From: Mogibacterium sp. | Lineage (GTDB): Bacteria > Bacillota > Clostridia > Peptostreptococcales > Anaerovoracaceae | Direction of reading: 5' to 3' | Length of the DNA stretch: 64,000 bases | Assembly (NCBI GenBank): GCA_017434025.1 | Contig: JAFRGC010000006.1 | Span: 1,454 to 65,453 of the forward strand | Shown here: piece after piece, positions 35,957 through 44,837 of the stretch | Layout: every line of letters begins with the position of its first letter | Numbering within the stretch: position 1 is the first letter of the stretch | Position numbers and translations under genes: made by a program | Notes under the pieces: model-generated | What the model was told of the DNA's origin: nothing | The model's database searches: none | Seen by the model: the letters and a program-made list of their open reading frames with translations, nothing else

Positions 35957-36763
35957 TTAAAGTACATCCGGGATCTCTTTGCGCAGCTTCCTGTACGCCC
36001 ATAACGCGCCTAAGATGGCGACCGTCAGGGTGATAGCGAAGCAGACCAGCGATACTTTATCCGTCCAGAACCATTTCTTGTAGATGAACACTCTTCTGTA
36101 TCCTGTAGCGATGACTGTGACAGGATTGAACTTCAGGAGGATCCGCACCCACCTGGATGGAATATCGTCTACATTGTAAATAATGCCTGACATCCAGAAT
36201 ATTGCAGATGATAATGCTGTTACCAGATTCTGGAAGTCCTTGCTCAGCGCAGACAGCATCCCTGCAAACAGGGACCATACTATGAAGAATACCAGCATCA
36301 TGAACATATACAGCGGTATCTGCAGCGCATAGATATCCGGCGCATGGCCGAAGGCAGCAAACAATACAAATGTAATGCCAAGAATGATCAAGTGAATGAA
36401 CAGGTGCGACAGATTCACGTATGTCGGGATGATGGAAACCGGGAATTTCATTTTGGTGACAAGATGACTGTACTTTCTTATACAGCCAGCACCTCCGGTT
36501 ATCATTTCCTGCATGAAGAACCAAGGCAGGAAGCCCGCTTCAAGCCACAGGAAGAAAGGATATCCCTCAACTGGTTTGCCGCTTCTCAGTCCTACAGAGA
36601 AAGCAAACCAGAATACGAACAGCGTGATCAACGGTTTGATGATCGCCCATGACCAGCCAAGTGCAGCTCCTCTGTATGTCTTCACCAGATCGGATTTGGC
36701 AAGTTTAATTATCTGTTCCTTGTATTGAAGATGCTCGTCGAGTATTTCTTTAATCGTATTCAA
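35957..36763 (-). CDS. tagG: ABC-2 type transporter permease (TagG/KpsM type)
   Basis: 268 aa with 6 TM segments. The N-terminal DLVKTYRGAALGWSWAIIKP motif is typical of ABC-2 polysaccharide permeases. Probable TTG start. Confidence 0.85.
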   Translation of the reverse strand: MNTIKEILDEHLQYKEQIIKLAKSDLVKTYRGAALGWSWAIIKPLITLFVFWFAFSVGLRSGKPVEGYPFFLWLEAGFLPWFFMQEMITGGAGCIRKYSHLVTKMKFPVSIIPTYVNLSHLFIHLIILGITFVLFAAFGHAPDIYALQIPLYMFMMLVFFIVWSLFAGMLSALSKDFQNLVTALSSAIFWMSGIIYNVDDIPSRWVRILLKFNPVTVIATGYRRVFIYKKWFWTDKVSLVCFAITLTVAILGALWAYRKLRKEIPDVL

Positions 36764-36789
36764 TGTACTGAACTTCTCTCTTTCTCAAT

Positions 36790-38952
36790 TTACTTCTTCC
36801 CGATTACTGATTTGATCTTCTTTCTGATACGGCTCAGATTATCTACACCGCTCAGGACTCCATACTTCGCGGCTTTATCTACAGATGTCTTCAGTCCCAT
36901 ATAGAAGTTGTTTTCCTGGATCATCTTATTATTATCCAGCAGAGACTTTTCGTAAAGCACTGATAACATCATCTTCTTATATACTTCTGACTTCAGGCTG
37001 GCATCTTCAATGATGTCCTCCAGTTCATCAATGACAGAGTACGCGAAGACTCTTCCGTCAGCGATCACACTCCAGTCATAGTATTCATAGAAGACATTTG
37101 CGATCTGTCCTGCCAGGAAGTTGAAGTCATCTTCATCTGTATACCTGTTGATCAGTGTGAGGATCTTCTCTGCAAAATGATCACGGCCTTCTTCTATGCT
37201 GAGATATGTCTCCGGATTGATGTACAGAGATACCCCCTGTTTCCTTCCAACGTTCCCTTTGTAATCGTATACAGTCTCAGCAAAACCGATCTCAGATATA
37301 TTGCCTCTGCGGATGAAATCCATGATCAGTTCTCTGTGCCACAGCTTGTTGCACAGATCTCCTCTGAAGTCGGAGCCAACGAAGCCCGGGCTGACGGTGA
37401 CCATCTTGTTCCTGTTTCTGGTCGTTACCTTCTCCGAGTGGCAAGGGAAGCACATGCCGACACTCATATGACGGGTCAGGCTGTCATAGATCTTCTCCGT
37501 CAGTCTGAACTGCGGTTCTTTGGACTCGATCAGCATCATATAGTCATAATCGGAGTGCCCGGCGATCGCCTCACGGAATATATCCCAATCGTCGAACGAC
37601 GATACTTTGGTCAGGTCGATCGTAGGTTTGTACCTTTCGAGCCACAGCTTGATCCTGTTCAGCTCAAGGTGCCACAGATCTCTTTCTTTCGTTCCCCGTT
37701 TCTTTGCCCGGTATTCGTGTATCCTTTCAGCCAGATGTGACTGATCATAGTATGCCCGGTACTCTTCCTCATTGCCGTCAGTTATGAGCAGATGCAGATT
37801 CGTATGGAAATACTTATAGTTGAAGATGCAGCTGTAGATATTGATATATGTCTCCGGCGACATCTCTCTGACTTTAATGTAGAAATCAACGGTCAGCTTC
37901 TCATTATCTGTCTCACTCTTGATGAACGCCTTGACCTCTTCCGGAGTGGTGTCGGTCTTGTCAAAATACCTGTAGTATTCATCTCCGCACGAGATGATCG
38001 ATGCACCCGTCGAGCTGAATGTAACGACTCTGGCGAAGCGCTTTCCCTGATAGTTGAGTACTTCTATAGGGAAATCCTTAGGCAGGACTGTTACGTTGTC
38101 ATTCCCGTAGATCATCCAGTTATTCTTCTCTGCCGGATGAGGTTTGAGGATGACATGGTATCCCTGTTCGATCTCGTTATTAATGATTTTCTTATTCAGA
38201 AGATAACTCTGCAGATATGTACAGTACTTGGCCCTGTCAAGCGGCTGCCCGATCACAAGGCTGCTGTTATCCTGAATATTGAATCTGCCTACATCGAATA
38301 TGTACAGTAAGGCATCTCTGAACTTCTCAGGGTTCTCCTCGACGATGTCCTTGAAATCCCTGACTTCCAGTTTTGATTTATAGTAATCATCAAGCTCATC
38401 AATGTAGATACTGCTTATGATCTTCTTGACCTTCTCATATCTGTACAGCGGCTGCGGATAGTAGCCTTTCTCTACAAATGGTTCGATCAGAGCTGCATCC
38501 CCTCTAAGTCTGTGAATGCTGACCTGCTGCAGAAGTGATCCGTATCCGTCCTCAACACCTATGATATTCTCGAAATGCTTGCAGATGTAATAATAATGCC
38601 ACTGGAAGTCATTATATACATAGATCTCATCGTCCGGGTCAGCATCAGTGAACAGCTCTGCATAATGCGGGATCAGATACTCATCGAAAAGTGAAGATCC
38701 GAGCGCGTCGATCTCTGATTCATCCATATCGATCGTCTTGCGGAGTTCCCTGAGAAATGGTACATGTTCACCTCTTCTGGTAATACCGATGACCTTGTTG
38801 AAAACACCGGTATCTTCTATTCGTTCAAGCACCTCATCGCTGAGATTGATGTACGACATCGAAAAATAGAGATTCGGCTTCTCATCAAATGTCAGTGCCA
38901 ATGCGATCGAATGCATCAGCTGATAATATGTCATTGCTACTAATGATTTCAT
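36790..38952 (-). CDS. Two-domain protein: N-terminal bacterial sialyltransferase-like (GT52/GT38-like) domain plus an uncharacterised C-terminal half
   Basis: The N-terminal 320 aa carry VEDGYGS (D/E-D/E-G motif, about aa 134), KPHPAEK (HP motif, about aa 272) and TFSSTG (S-S motif, about aa 313). This region is homologous to the C-terminal domain of the next gene's product. Confidence 0.5.
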   Translation of the reverse strand: MKSLVAMTYYQLMHSIALALTFDEKPNLYFSMSYINLSDEVLERIEDTGVFNKVIGITRRGEHVPFLRELRKTIDMDESEIDALGSSLFDEYLIPHYAELFTDADPDDEIYVYNDFQWHYYYICKHFENIIGVEDGYGSLLQQVSIHRLRGDAALIEPFVEKGYYPQPLYRYEKVKKIISSIYIDELDDYYKSKLEVRDFKDIVEENPEKFRDALLYIFDVGRFNIQDNSSLVIGQPLDRAKYCTYLQSYLLNKKIINNEIEQGYHVILKPHPAEKNNWMIYGNDNVTVLPKDFPIEVLNYQGKRFARVVTFSSTGASIISCGDEYYRYFDKTDTTPEEVKAFIKSETDNEKLTVDFYIKVREMSPETYINIYSCIFNYKYFHTNLHLLITDGNEEEYRAYYDQSHLAERIHEYRAKKRGTKERDLWHLELNRIKLWLERYKPTIDLTKVSSFDDWDIFREAIAGHSDYDYMMLIESKEPQFRLTEKIYDSLTRHMSVGMCFPCHSEKVTTRNRNKMVTVSPGFVGSDFRGDLCNKLWHRELIMDFIRRGNISEIGFAETVYDYKGNVGRKQGVSLYINPETYLSIEEGRDHFAEKILTLINRYTDEDDFNFLAGQIANVFYEYYDWSVIADGRVFAYSVIDELEDIIEDASLKSEVYKKMMLSVLYEKSLLDNNKMIQENNFYMGLKTSVDKAAKYGVLSGVDNLSRIRKKIKSVIGKK

Positions 38953-38975
38953 GTGTTTTTGCTTCCCTATTACAG

Positions 38976-41963
38976 TTATTTAAGCATTAACGTTTTCTTG
39001 ATCTTCCGCTTGATCTTTTTGATCTTTCGTTTGATTTTCTTACTTCTGCTGACTGGAACTTCTTTGATGATTTCCTTTATAGCTTTGCCTACCTCTTCAT
39101 ACTCAAAGTCATGTAATTTGAAGAATGCTTTCTTCTCTTTGGCAATCGTTATCGTTTCTATAGCACTTGATCCGAAGGTAATGGCTCTTGATATCTCTAC
39201 ATCAAGATAATTATAGACTTCGATCGGAACGTTTTTCGGTAATATCGTTCCTCCCAAATAGCTGTAATCCATTTTATCAGCAGGGTGAGGTTTGATAAGA
39301 ACCCTCCCGCTCTTGTATGTCGCAAGCATTTTCTTCATCAGCTTCCTTTGGTCGTTTTCGGAACAATAACCGAATAACGCCAGCGGTTGTGTCAAAAGAA
39401 GCGTTGCATCAGGACTAAACTGTCCCGGATCAACATCGTATATCTGCAGCAGAAATTTCCTTATCTCATCATGATATTCCTGCTCGACCAGTTTCGTATC
39501 ATCGATCTCTATTTTATCATAATAGAATTCCGGAATCTGTTCCGGCCGGGAACTGACAATGATTTTATTGATCTTGTCAGATCGGAAGAACATCAGTGGG
39601 TATGTGGTACCTTCATATTTCTGTATTCCTGCCCATATACCCTGGATCTCATGGGTCTTCACCTCACGGTCAAAGGAATTGTAAGCATCTTCCAGCTTCA
39701 CGATATGATCAAATTCTCTTTCGATATAATACCAGTACGGAAGTGAATCCGAGAATATATAAATAGTGTCAATCTTAGTGTTGCACTCTTTGAAAACATC
39801 CTTGAACCTGCTGTACAAGAAATGAGGAATGATTATATCGTCCTCCCCCGGTCGTTTTCTTAACTCTTCGAAGAGATTTACTACGATACCTCCATAAACA
39901 AACGGTTTTACAAGATCGAAGATCCCGGTTTGTCTTATTTTATAAATCAGGTTAGTATCAAACGGAATATATGACTGGCAGATGAACAATCTGCATTTTC
40001 TCTTATTTTTCAGCGCATACAGGCATGCGACATATAGATGATAGTGCGTAAATACAACATAATCATCATATGGTTCGGCCTGATCTCCTTCTGTCCCGTA
40101 ATATTTATCTATTACATATTTAAAATACTCAAAATTATCAACTGTAAATGCTTGTGTTAACTCTTTGATATTCTGAGCATACTTATCAACAGAAAGATAT
40201 TCTTTCCTTTCGAGCACAAACTTTCTTATTTTTTCAAAGGCAAGTAATTGGTCCTTCTCAGGGAACGAATAGAAAGAATACAGATACAGATTAAGATCTG
40301 TCAGAAGAATCGTCTCTAATCGTCTTGATCTGGCCACCTCAGGATAATCGATCCATGCACGCGCCTGTTTCGTTAATCGCTCCTCAAGGTTTCTGATAGT
40401 AACTGTTGATGATATCGTCGTATTATCTCCATACTGATACCACCAATATATTGGAACATTTATATAATGAAATTCCGGGATATTTGCATATAACTTTGCG
40501 GAATACTCAACATCTTCATACAAACCTGGGGTAAACCATATACCTGCGTCATTGATTCTCTGTCTTCTGATGAGTGAATTAGTCACCATGACATCCGAAT
40601 ATATTTCGTTTTCACTATTATCCGCGTAATAGCAGGTAAAAGTATCTCCGGCAAGATACTTCTGTGATTCTATCTGCGGTACCCCTTTGTCATCACACAG
40701 AATTCTGATACCGCGAACCATATCCAGATCATAGAAATCTGCATGTGACACCAGACACCTTAATCCATCACGGCTTATGGTATCATCTGCGTCCAGGAAG
40801 AAGATATATTTGCCGGTGGCTTTCCTGATCCCGTAATTCCTGGATAGCCCAAGGCCTTCATTTTCTTTATGGAAGTATTTTATCCTGTTATCATTGAAGG
40901 TTTCTGCTAATTGTTTTTCTACATTGTCTCTGGAACCATCATCAATGATCAGGATCTCGACATTTTCATGACCACTGTTAAGTACAGATCCCACAGCACG
41001 ATTCACGAAATCCATAGGAGTGTTGTACCTGCAGATAATAAAGCTTACTTTGCTTTCAGCACAATTATTGATATTGTACAGAGCCTCCATGAGTTTTCTG
41101 TACTTTACATATTCGCTGTCTTCTGAGCCGAATTCTATAGTCTTTGACTTTGCTGCAGCGTCTTCTAATACTTTCAGCTGAAAGTCTGAAAACCTTCGTA
41201 TATTATCTGTTTTCAGCTTAATGTCATTCTTGCTTATTAATTCATCAAAATAGCTTTTTGAATACTCGTCTTCTATAAGAATCGTTCCGTCAAACTCTTT
41301 AAGAACGGACAGCGGTTCAAGCTGTGCCTTTAATTCGAGAAAGGTTGTAGCGCATTTCTCGTTGCGTTTCTCGGAGCAGATTATAATATTGTTGCCTGAG
41401 TCTTCTTTTACAGAATTAAAGAGATGGTATAGACCATTTCTGTCTTTGAGCGCATCTTCCTTTCTGTTGGATGTAACTATCAAAAAATCTTCTTTATCAG
41501 CCGGAGGATCCTCTTCGATGTCCATTGCATCTATGATCGTTTCCGGTGTACAGGATCCAATTTTTTTTACATGAATATGATCAAATCTTGTCGCTATACT
41601 CTCTTCTACAGATGAGCTGTCAGTGATGATCTCATTGATCTCTGCCATGCATCCGGCGAAATGATTAACATCGAAATCATGCAGCACATAGATCAGCGTC
41701 TGATTGTTTTTTCTCTTAAAATAGCGCGGCGCCTGCGTAGTAACTACTGTATATTCTGCAGTATCCCGGAAATAAATGAACCGGCTGGAGTTCATCTCAA
41801 AGTGGATCTTCCTGTCGAGAACACTCCTGGATATATAGCTAAAATTATAGCCGGTAACTAAAATGTCATAACATTCCGAGTATCTGCCTACAAATGCATC
41901 AAGCAATTCGGGAATGCCTTTTTCCTTATAGTCACCGATAAACAGTATCTTTGGCTTTTTCAT
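38976..41963 (-). CDS. Three-domain glycosyltransferase: N-terminal unknown/GT-B-like domain, central GT2 domain, C-terminal sialyltransferase-like domain, basic tail
   Basis: GAGGAG Shine-Dalgarno, then MKKPKILFIGD. The GT2 core is VSFIICRYNTP..ILIIDDGSRDN..FLDADD. The C-domain has LEDAYNS, IKPHPADK and TFGSSA, and the tail is KKIKRKIKKIKRKIKK. G+C is markedly lower than in the flanks. Confidence 0.6.
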   Translation of the reverse strand: MKKPKILFIGDYKEKGIPELLDAFVGRYSECYDILVTGYNFSYISRSVLDRKIHFEMNSSRFIYFRDTAEYTVVTTQAPRYFKRKNNQTLIYVLHDFDVNHFAGCMAEINEIITDSSSVEESIATRFDHIHVKKIGSCTPETIIDAMDIEEDPPADKEDFLIVTSNRKEDALKDRNGLYHLFNSVKEDSGNNIIICSEKRNEKCATTFLELKAQLEPLSVLKEFDGTILIEDEYSKSYFDELISKNDIKLKTDNIRRFSDFQLKVLEDAAAKSKTIEFGSEDSEYVKYRKLMEALYNINNCAESKVSFIICRYNTPMDFVNRAVGSVLNSGHENVEILIIDDGSRDNVEKQLAETFNDNRIKYFHKENEGLGLSRNYGIRKATGKYIFFLDADDTISRDGLRCLVSHADFYDLDMVRGIRILCDDKGVPQIESQKYLAGDTFTCYYADNSENEIYSDVMVTNSLIRRQRINDAGIWFTPGLYEDVEYSAKLYANIPEFHYINVPIYWWYQYGDNTTISSTVTIRNLEERLTKQARAWIDYPEVARSRRLETILLTDLNLYLYSFYSFPEKDQLLAFEKIRKFVLERKEYLSVDKYAQNIKELTQAFTVDNFEYFKYVIDKYYGTEGDQAEPYDDYVVFTHYHLYVACLYALKNKRKCRLFICQSYIPFDTNLIYKIRQTGIFDLVKPFVYGGIVVNLFEELRKRPGEDDIIIPHFLYSRFKDVFKECNTKIDTIYIFSDSLPYWYYIEREFDHIVKLEDAYNSFDREVKTHEIQGIWAGIQKYEGTTYPLMFFRSDKINKIIVSSRPEQIPEFYYDKIEIDDTKLVEQEYHDEIRKFLLQIYDVDPGQFSPDATLLLTQPLALFGYCSENDQRKLMKKMLATYKSGRVLIKPHPADKMDYSYLGGTILPKNVPIEVYNYLDVEISRAITFGSSAIETITIAKEKKAFFKLHDFEYEEVGKAIKEIIKEVPVSRSKKIKRKIKKIKRKIKKTLMLK
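39000..39041 (-). repeat. 2 x 21 bp tandem duplication encoding KKIKRKI-KKIKRKI at the transferase C-terminus
   Basis: GATCTTCCGCTTGATCTTTTT and GATCTTTCGTTTGATTTTCTT match at 17 of 21 positions. Confidence 0.8.
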
Positions 41964-42009
41964 TACGCACTCCTCGCGACCAGACAAATGCCAATCAGTC
42001 AGCACAGGA

Positions 42010-43023
42010 TCAGTTGATCAGATCCCACGACAGCGGTGTGCCGGCCTCTGCATCAACAGCGAATTCCCTGCCCATCACTTTGTCATATTCCTTCGGTGCA
42101 AGTCCGTTGGATGGCCTGACGCTTCTTACATTATCCGGAGTGATCTTATCTCCGGCTTTCACATCTTGCGCAATGAACAGCGACCTGGCATATTTGCGGC
42201 TGTTCTGCTTCTTCTCTGTGATCTCGTATGTGACCTGTCCTCTGATCTTCTCGACCAGCCGGACCTTCTCGACCATAGCGCCGAATTCCTCCGGTGTCAT
42301 AGAGAAAGATGCGTCCGGACCGCCTATCGCTTTGTCGAGAATAAAGTGCTTCTCTATAACAGCGGCACCCATTGCTGCTGCTGCGACTGCTACCGCGTCA
42401 CCGGTTGTATGATCGGAGAGTCCCGTCTTGCAGCCAAATCGTTCTTTCATGTCAAGCATGGTGTTCAGATTGGCATCTTCGAGTTTCGCCGGGTATTCCG
42501 ATGTGCATTTGAGCAGGCATACGTCTGTATTGCCTACCTGGTGACAAGCCTCTACGGCGTCTCTTATCTCTTCCTCAGTCGCTATGCCGGTAGAGATGAT
42601 CATTGGTTTGCCCAGTCTTGCCGCGTACTTGATCAGCGGAATGTCGGTGATCTCGAACGATGCGATCTTATAGATCGGGTTCCCGCATTTCTCCAGCAGA
42701 TCTACTGCAGTGAAATCGAAAGGCGTGGACAGAAGCGGGAAGTCTATGCTTCTCGCATATTCGTACAGCTCTTCATGCCACTCCCACGGCATGAATGCCT
42801 CGCTGTACAGCTTGTAGAGCGTCGTTCCGTCCCAGATCGTTCCTGTATCGATCTGGAAGTATTCGTTGTCGCAGTCCAGGGTGATAGTATCTGGAGTATA
42901 TGACTGGATTTTGGCAGCATCACAGCCGATCTCTTTCGCTTTCAGTATCGATTTCTTGACGATCTCGATGTCATGTCCGTGATTAGCCGAAATCTCAGCG
43001 ATCATCATTACTTTGTTACTCAT
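42010..43023 (-). CDS. Nonulosonic acid synthase (NeuB/PseI/LegI family)
   Basis: MIAEISANHGHD, a TIM-barrel NeuB signature, and a C-terminal SAF/antifreeze-like domain (GDKITPDNVRSVRP). GGAGG Shine-Dalgarno. The ATGAGTAA overlap with the upstream stop indicates translational coupling. Confidence 0.85.
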   Translation of the reverse strand: MSNKVMMIAEISANHGHDIEIVKKSILKAKEIGCDAAKIQSYTPDTITLDCDNEYFQIDTGTIWDGTTLYKLYSEAFMPWEWHEELYEYARSIDFPLLSTPFDFTAVDLLEKCGNPIYKIASFEITDIPLIKYAARLGKPMIISTGIATEEEIRDAVEACHQVGNTDVCLLKCTSEYPAKLEDANLNTMLDMKERFGCKTGLSDHTTGDAVAVAAAAMGAAVIEKHFILDKAIGGPDASFSMTPEEFGAMVEKVRLVEKIRGQVTYEITEKKQNSRKYARSLFIAQDVKAGDKITPDNVRSVRPSNGLAPKEYDKVMGREFAVDAEAGTPLSWDLIN

Positions 43024-43990
43024 CACATCCTCCGCTGCAGGCTGTTTCACAGATGAGATCCTTGCCGGACCGGTCTGACCGGAAAGATCTCAGTTTGTCA
43101 GCCATCTGTTTTCTTTTATCAAATGAGAACATGCTCCTGATGACTTCCGCGTCATCATCATACATGGCCTCTGTGAATCCGTTTTCTGTCAGGTACATGG
43201 TGTTCAGCCTCTGGTTGTCAGCAACAACGACCAATACTGACGGGAGCTGCATCTTGATCAGTTCGTTTGTCGTTCCTCCTGCGGATGCAACAGCAAAATC
43301 ACATTTCTCCATAAGGCTGCACATATCGGCTGCCTCAATATTCAGATATAATCTGTCTTCACTGCCGAGACTGTTCCTGATCTCATCCAGATCTCTGTAC
43401 GCTCTCGTGCAGACTACATGAAGACGGGCGGTTTCTGAAATCTCTTTGAGGTCTTTGATGATCACCGCGGTTCTTCCCAGAGGATCCGTTCCTCCCATGG
43501 TGATCAGGATATCGGTAACCTCTTCCTTGATGGTCCTCTCACCATGCAGTCTGAATTCATCCCTCAGTAAGGTGTAATCCTTGCCAAGATACAGAGTGTT
43601 GTTCCGGTCAGCAGGATAGTTCATGAAGACCGAGAAATAATTCGGATTGAGGATCTTCATATCATGATAGTCGAGCCTGATATTATCATCTATTACTATC
43701 ATGTCTCCGGCCAGAGCGCGGAATTCCTCCAGCAGCTGCAGATCCACATGGTAGGAATCAATGACAAGCAAAACATTCCTGTTAAGTATGCTTCCGTATA
43801 CTTCAGGATCTTTCCATTCTGCGAATTCTATATATTCCTTGTCCAGATTGGATCTCGCAGTGTCATCTGCCATCAGGTACATCGTCACATCACGGCCTTC
43901 TCTGACCGCTCTGTCGCAGATGCCTGACATTCTGTAAAAATGACCGAAGCCGTACATGAAGCCGGCTTCGGAAAAAATCACTAATTTCAA
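43016..43990 (-). CDS. PseG/SpsG-like UDP-sugar hydrolase (GT28/MurG-like fold)
   Basis: The N-terminus KLVIFSEAGFMYGFGHFYRMSGICDRA fits the PseG consensus (x-R-x-D-x-x-x-x-G-x-G-H), and GGT..E lies near the C-terminus. Probable TTG start. At 324 aa there is no fused GNAT domain. Confidence 0.65.
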   Translation of the reverse strand: MKLVIFSEAGFMYGFGHFYRMSGICDRAVREGRDVTMYLMADDTARSNLDKEYIEFAEWKDPEVYGSILNRNVLLVIDSYHVDLQLLEEFRALAGDMIVIDDNIRLDYHDMKILNPNYFSVFMNYPADRNNTLYLGKDYTLLRDEFRLHGERTIKEEVTDILITMGGTDPLGRTAVIIKDLKEISETARLHVVCTRAYRDLDEIRNSLGSEDRLYLNIEAADMCSLMEKCDFAVASAGGTTNELIKMQLPSVLVVVADNQRLNTMYLTENGFTEAMYDDDAEVIRSMFSFDKRKQMADKLRSFRSDRSGKDLICETACSGGCDE

Positions 43991-43994
43991 ATTA

Positions 43995-44822
43995 CTATTT
44001 GCCCTCCAGAAGAGCCGCAGCCCTGTTCATTTCCTGCAGCTTGAGCAGCTTAACTGCAGCCTCGAGCTCTGCCTCAACCGTATCGTATTTCTGCTTCTGC
44101 ATGATATCACCATTGATATTGCTGATATACGGATGCTCTTTGAAGCAGTCGAGTACAGTTCTGAAAGACAGTCTGTTCTCTTTGCCGCGGATGAAATCTG
44201 TGACTACGCATGCCAGTGTGTAGTCATTGATCGTATCGACCGTGATCCTCACCTTGCTGTAATCTTCATCCGGCAACGCGAGGCTTCCGATCCTGAATTC
44301 ATCCTGATGATGTGTAACATAGCTGGTAACATGCTCTCTGTAGAACTGCTCCGTCGTGTTCTCATGCATCCATTTGAGGACATCATAAGTCAGGATCTCA
44401 CAGTCGAGTCCGTGAGGATAAGTTCTCCTGATGCAATTGCTCGCATACTGATAGTCTCCTTTGATGAAGAGGTCTATCAGCTCCTCGATGACCGAAGGGT
44501 CGAGGAACGGACAGTCACTTGTGATCCTTACTACGTTGTCATATCCGAATTCAGTCGCCGCGTTGTAGAAACGGTCCAGAACGTCATTCTCACTTCCGCG
44601 GTAATATGCGATGCCTTCTCTGGCTGCGTATTCTGCCAGCGGATCATCATCTGCATTGATCGTGCACGCAATGACAAAGTGATCCAGGTTCTTCACAGCT
44701 CTGAGTCTTTCGACTACACTGCCGAGGACAGTCATCCCATTCGAATAATCCAGAGTCCTGAGCACCTTACCCGGCAGTCTGCTCGAGGTCATTCTGGCCT
44801 GAACGATACATCCTGTTTTCAT
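43995..44822 (-). CDS. Cytidylyltransferase (CTP_transf_3, SpsF/PseF/NeuA-like), putative CMP-nonulosonate synthetase
   Basis: MKTGCIVQARMTSSRLPGKVL is the characteristic SpsF-type nucleotide-binding loop, and RITSDCPFLDP is also present. Confidence 0.7.
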   Translation of the reverse strand: MKTGCIVQARMTSSRLPGKVLRTLDYSNGMTVLGSVVERLRAVKNLDHFVIACTINADDDPLAEYAAREGIAYYRGSENDVLDRFYNAATEFGYDNVVRITSDCPFLDPSVIEELIDLFIKGDYQYASNCIRRTYPHGLDCEILTYDVLKWMHENTTEQFYREHVTSYVTHHQDEFRIGSLALPDEDYSKVRITVDTINDYTLACVVTDFIRGKENRLSFRTVLDCFKEHPYISNINGDIMQKQKYDTVEAELEAAVKLLKLQEMNRAAALLEGK

Positions 44823-44837
44823 TGTATTATGACTCCT

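Noticed and set aside
38953-39210. 85-aa plus-strand ORF with FRLIFLIFRLIFLL repeats
   Set aside because: It is the antisense reading of the polybasic KKIKRKI repeat at the 3' end of the transferase gene.
36790-42005. Low-G+C segment considered as a mobile element or genomic island insertion
   Set aside because: I found no transposase, integrase, tRNA target, inverted terminal repeats or direct-repeat scars. Gene spacing and orientation are continuous with the operon. I kept it only as a compositional finding, not as a mobile_element feature.
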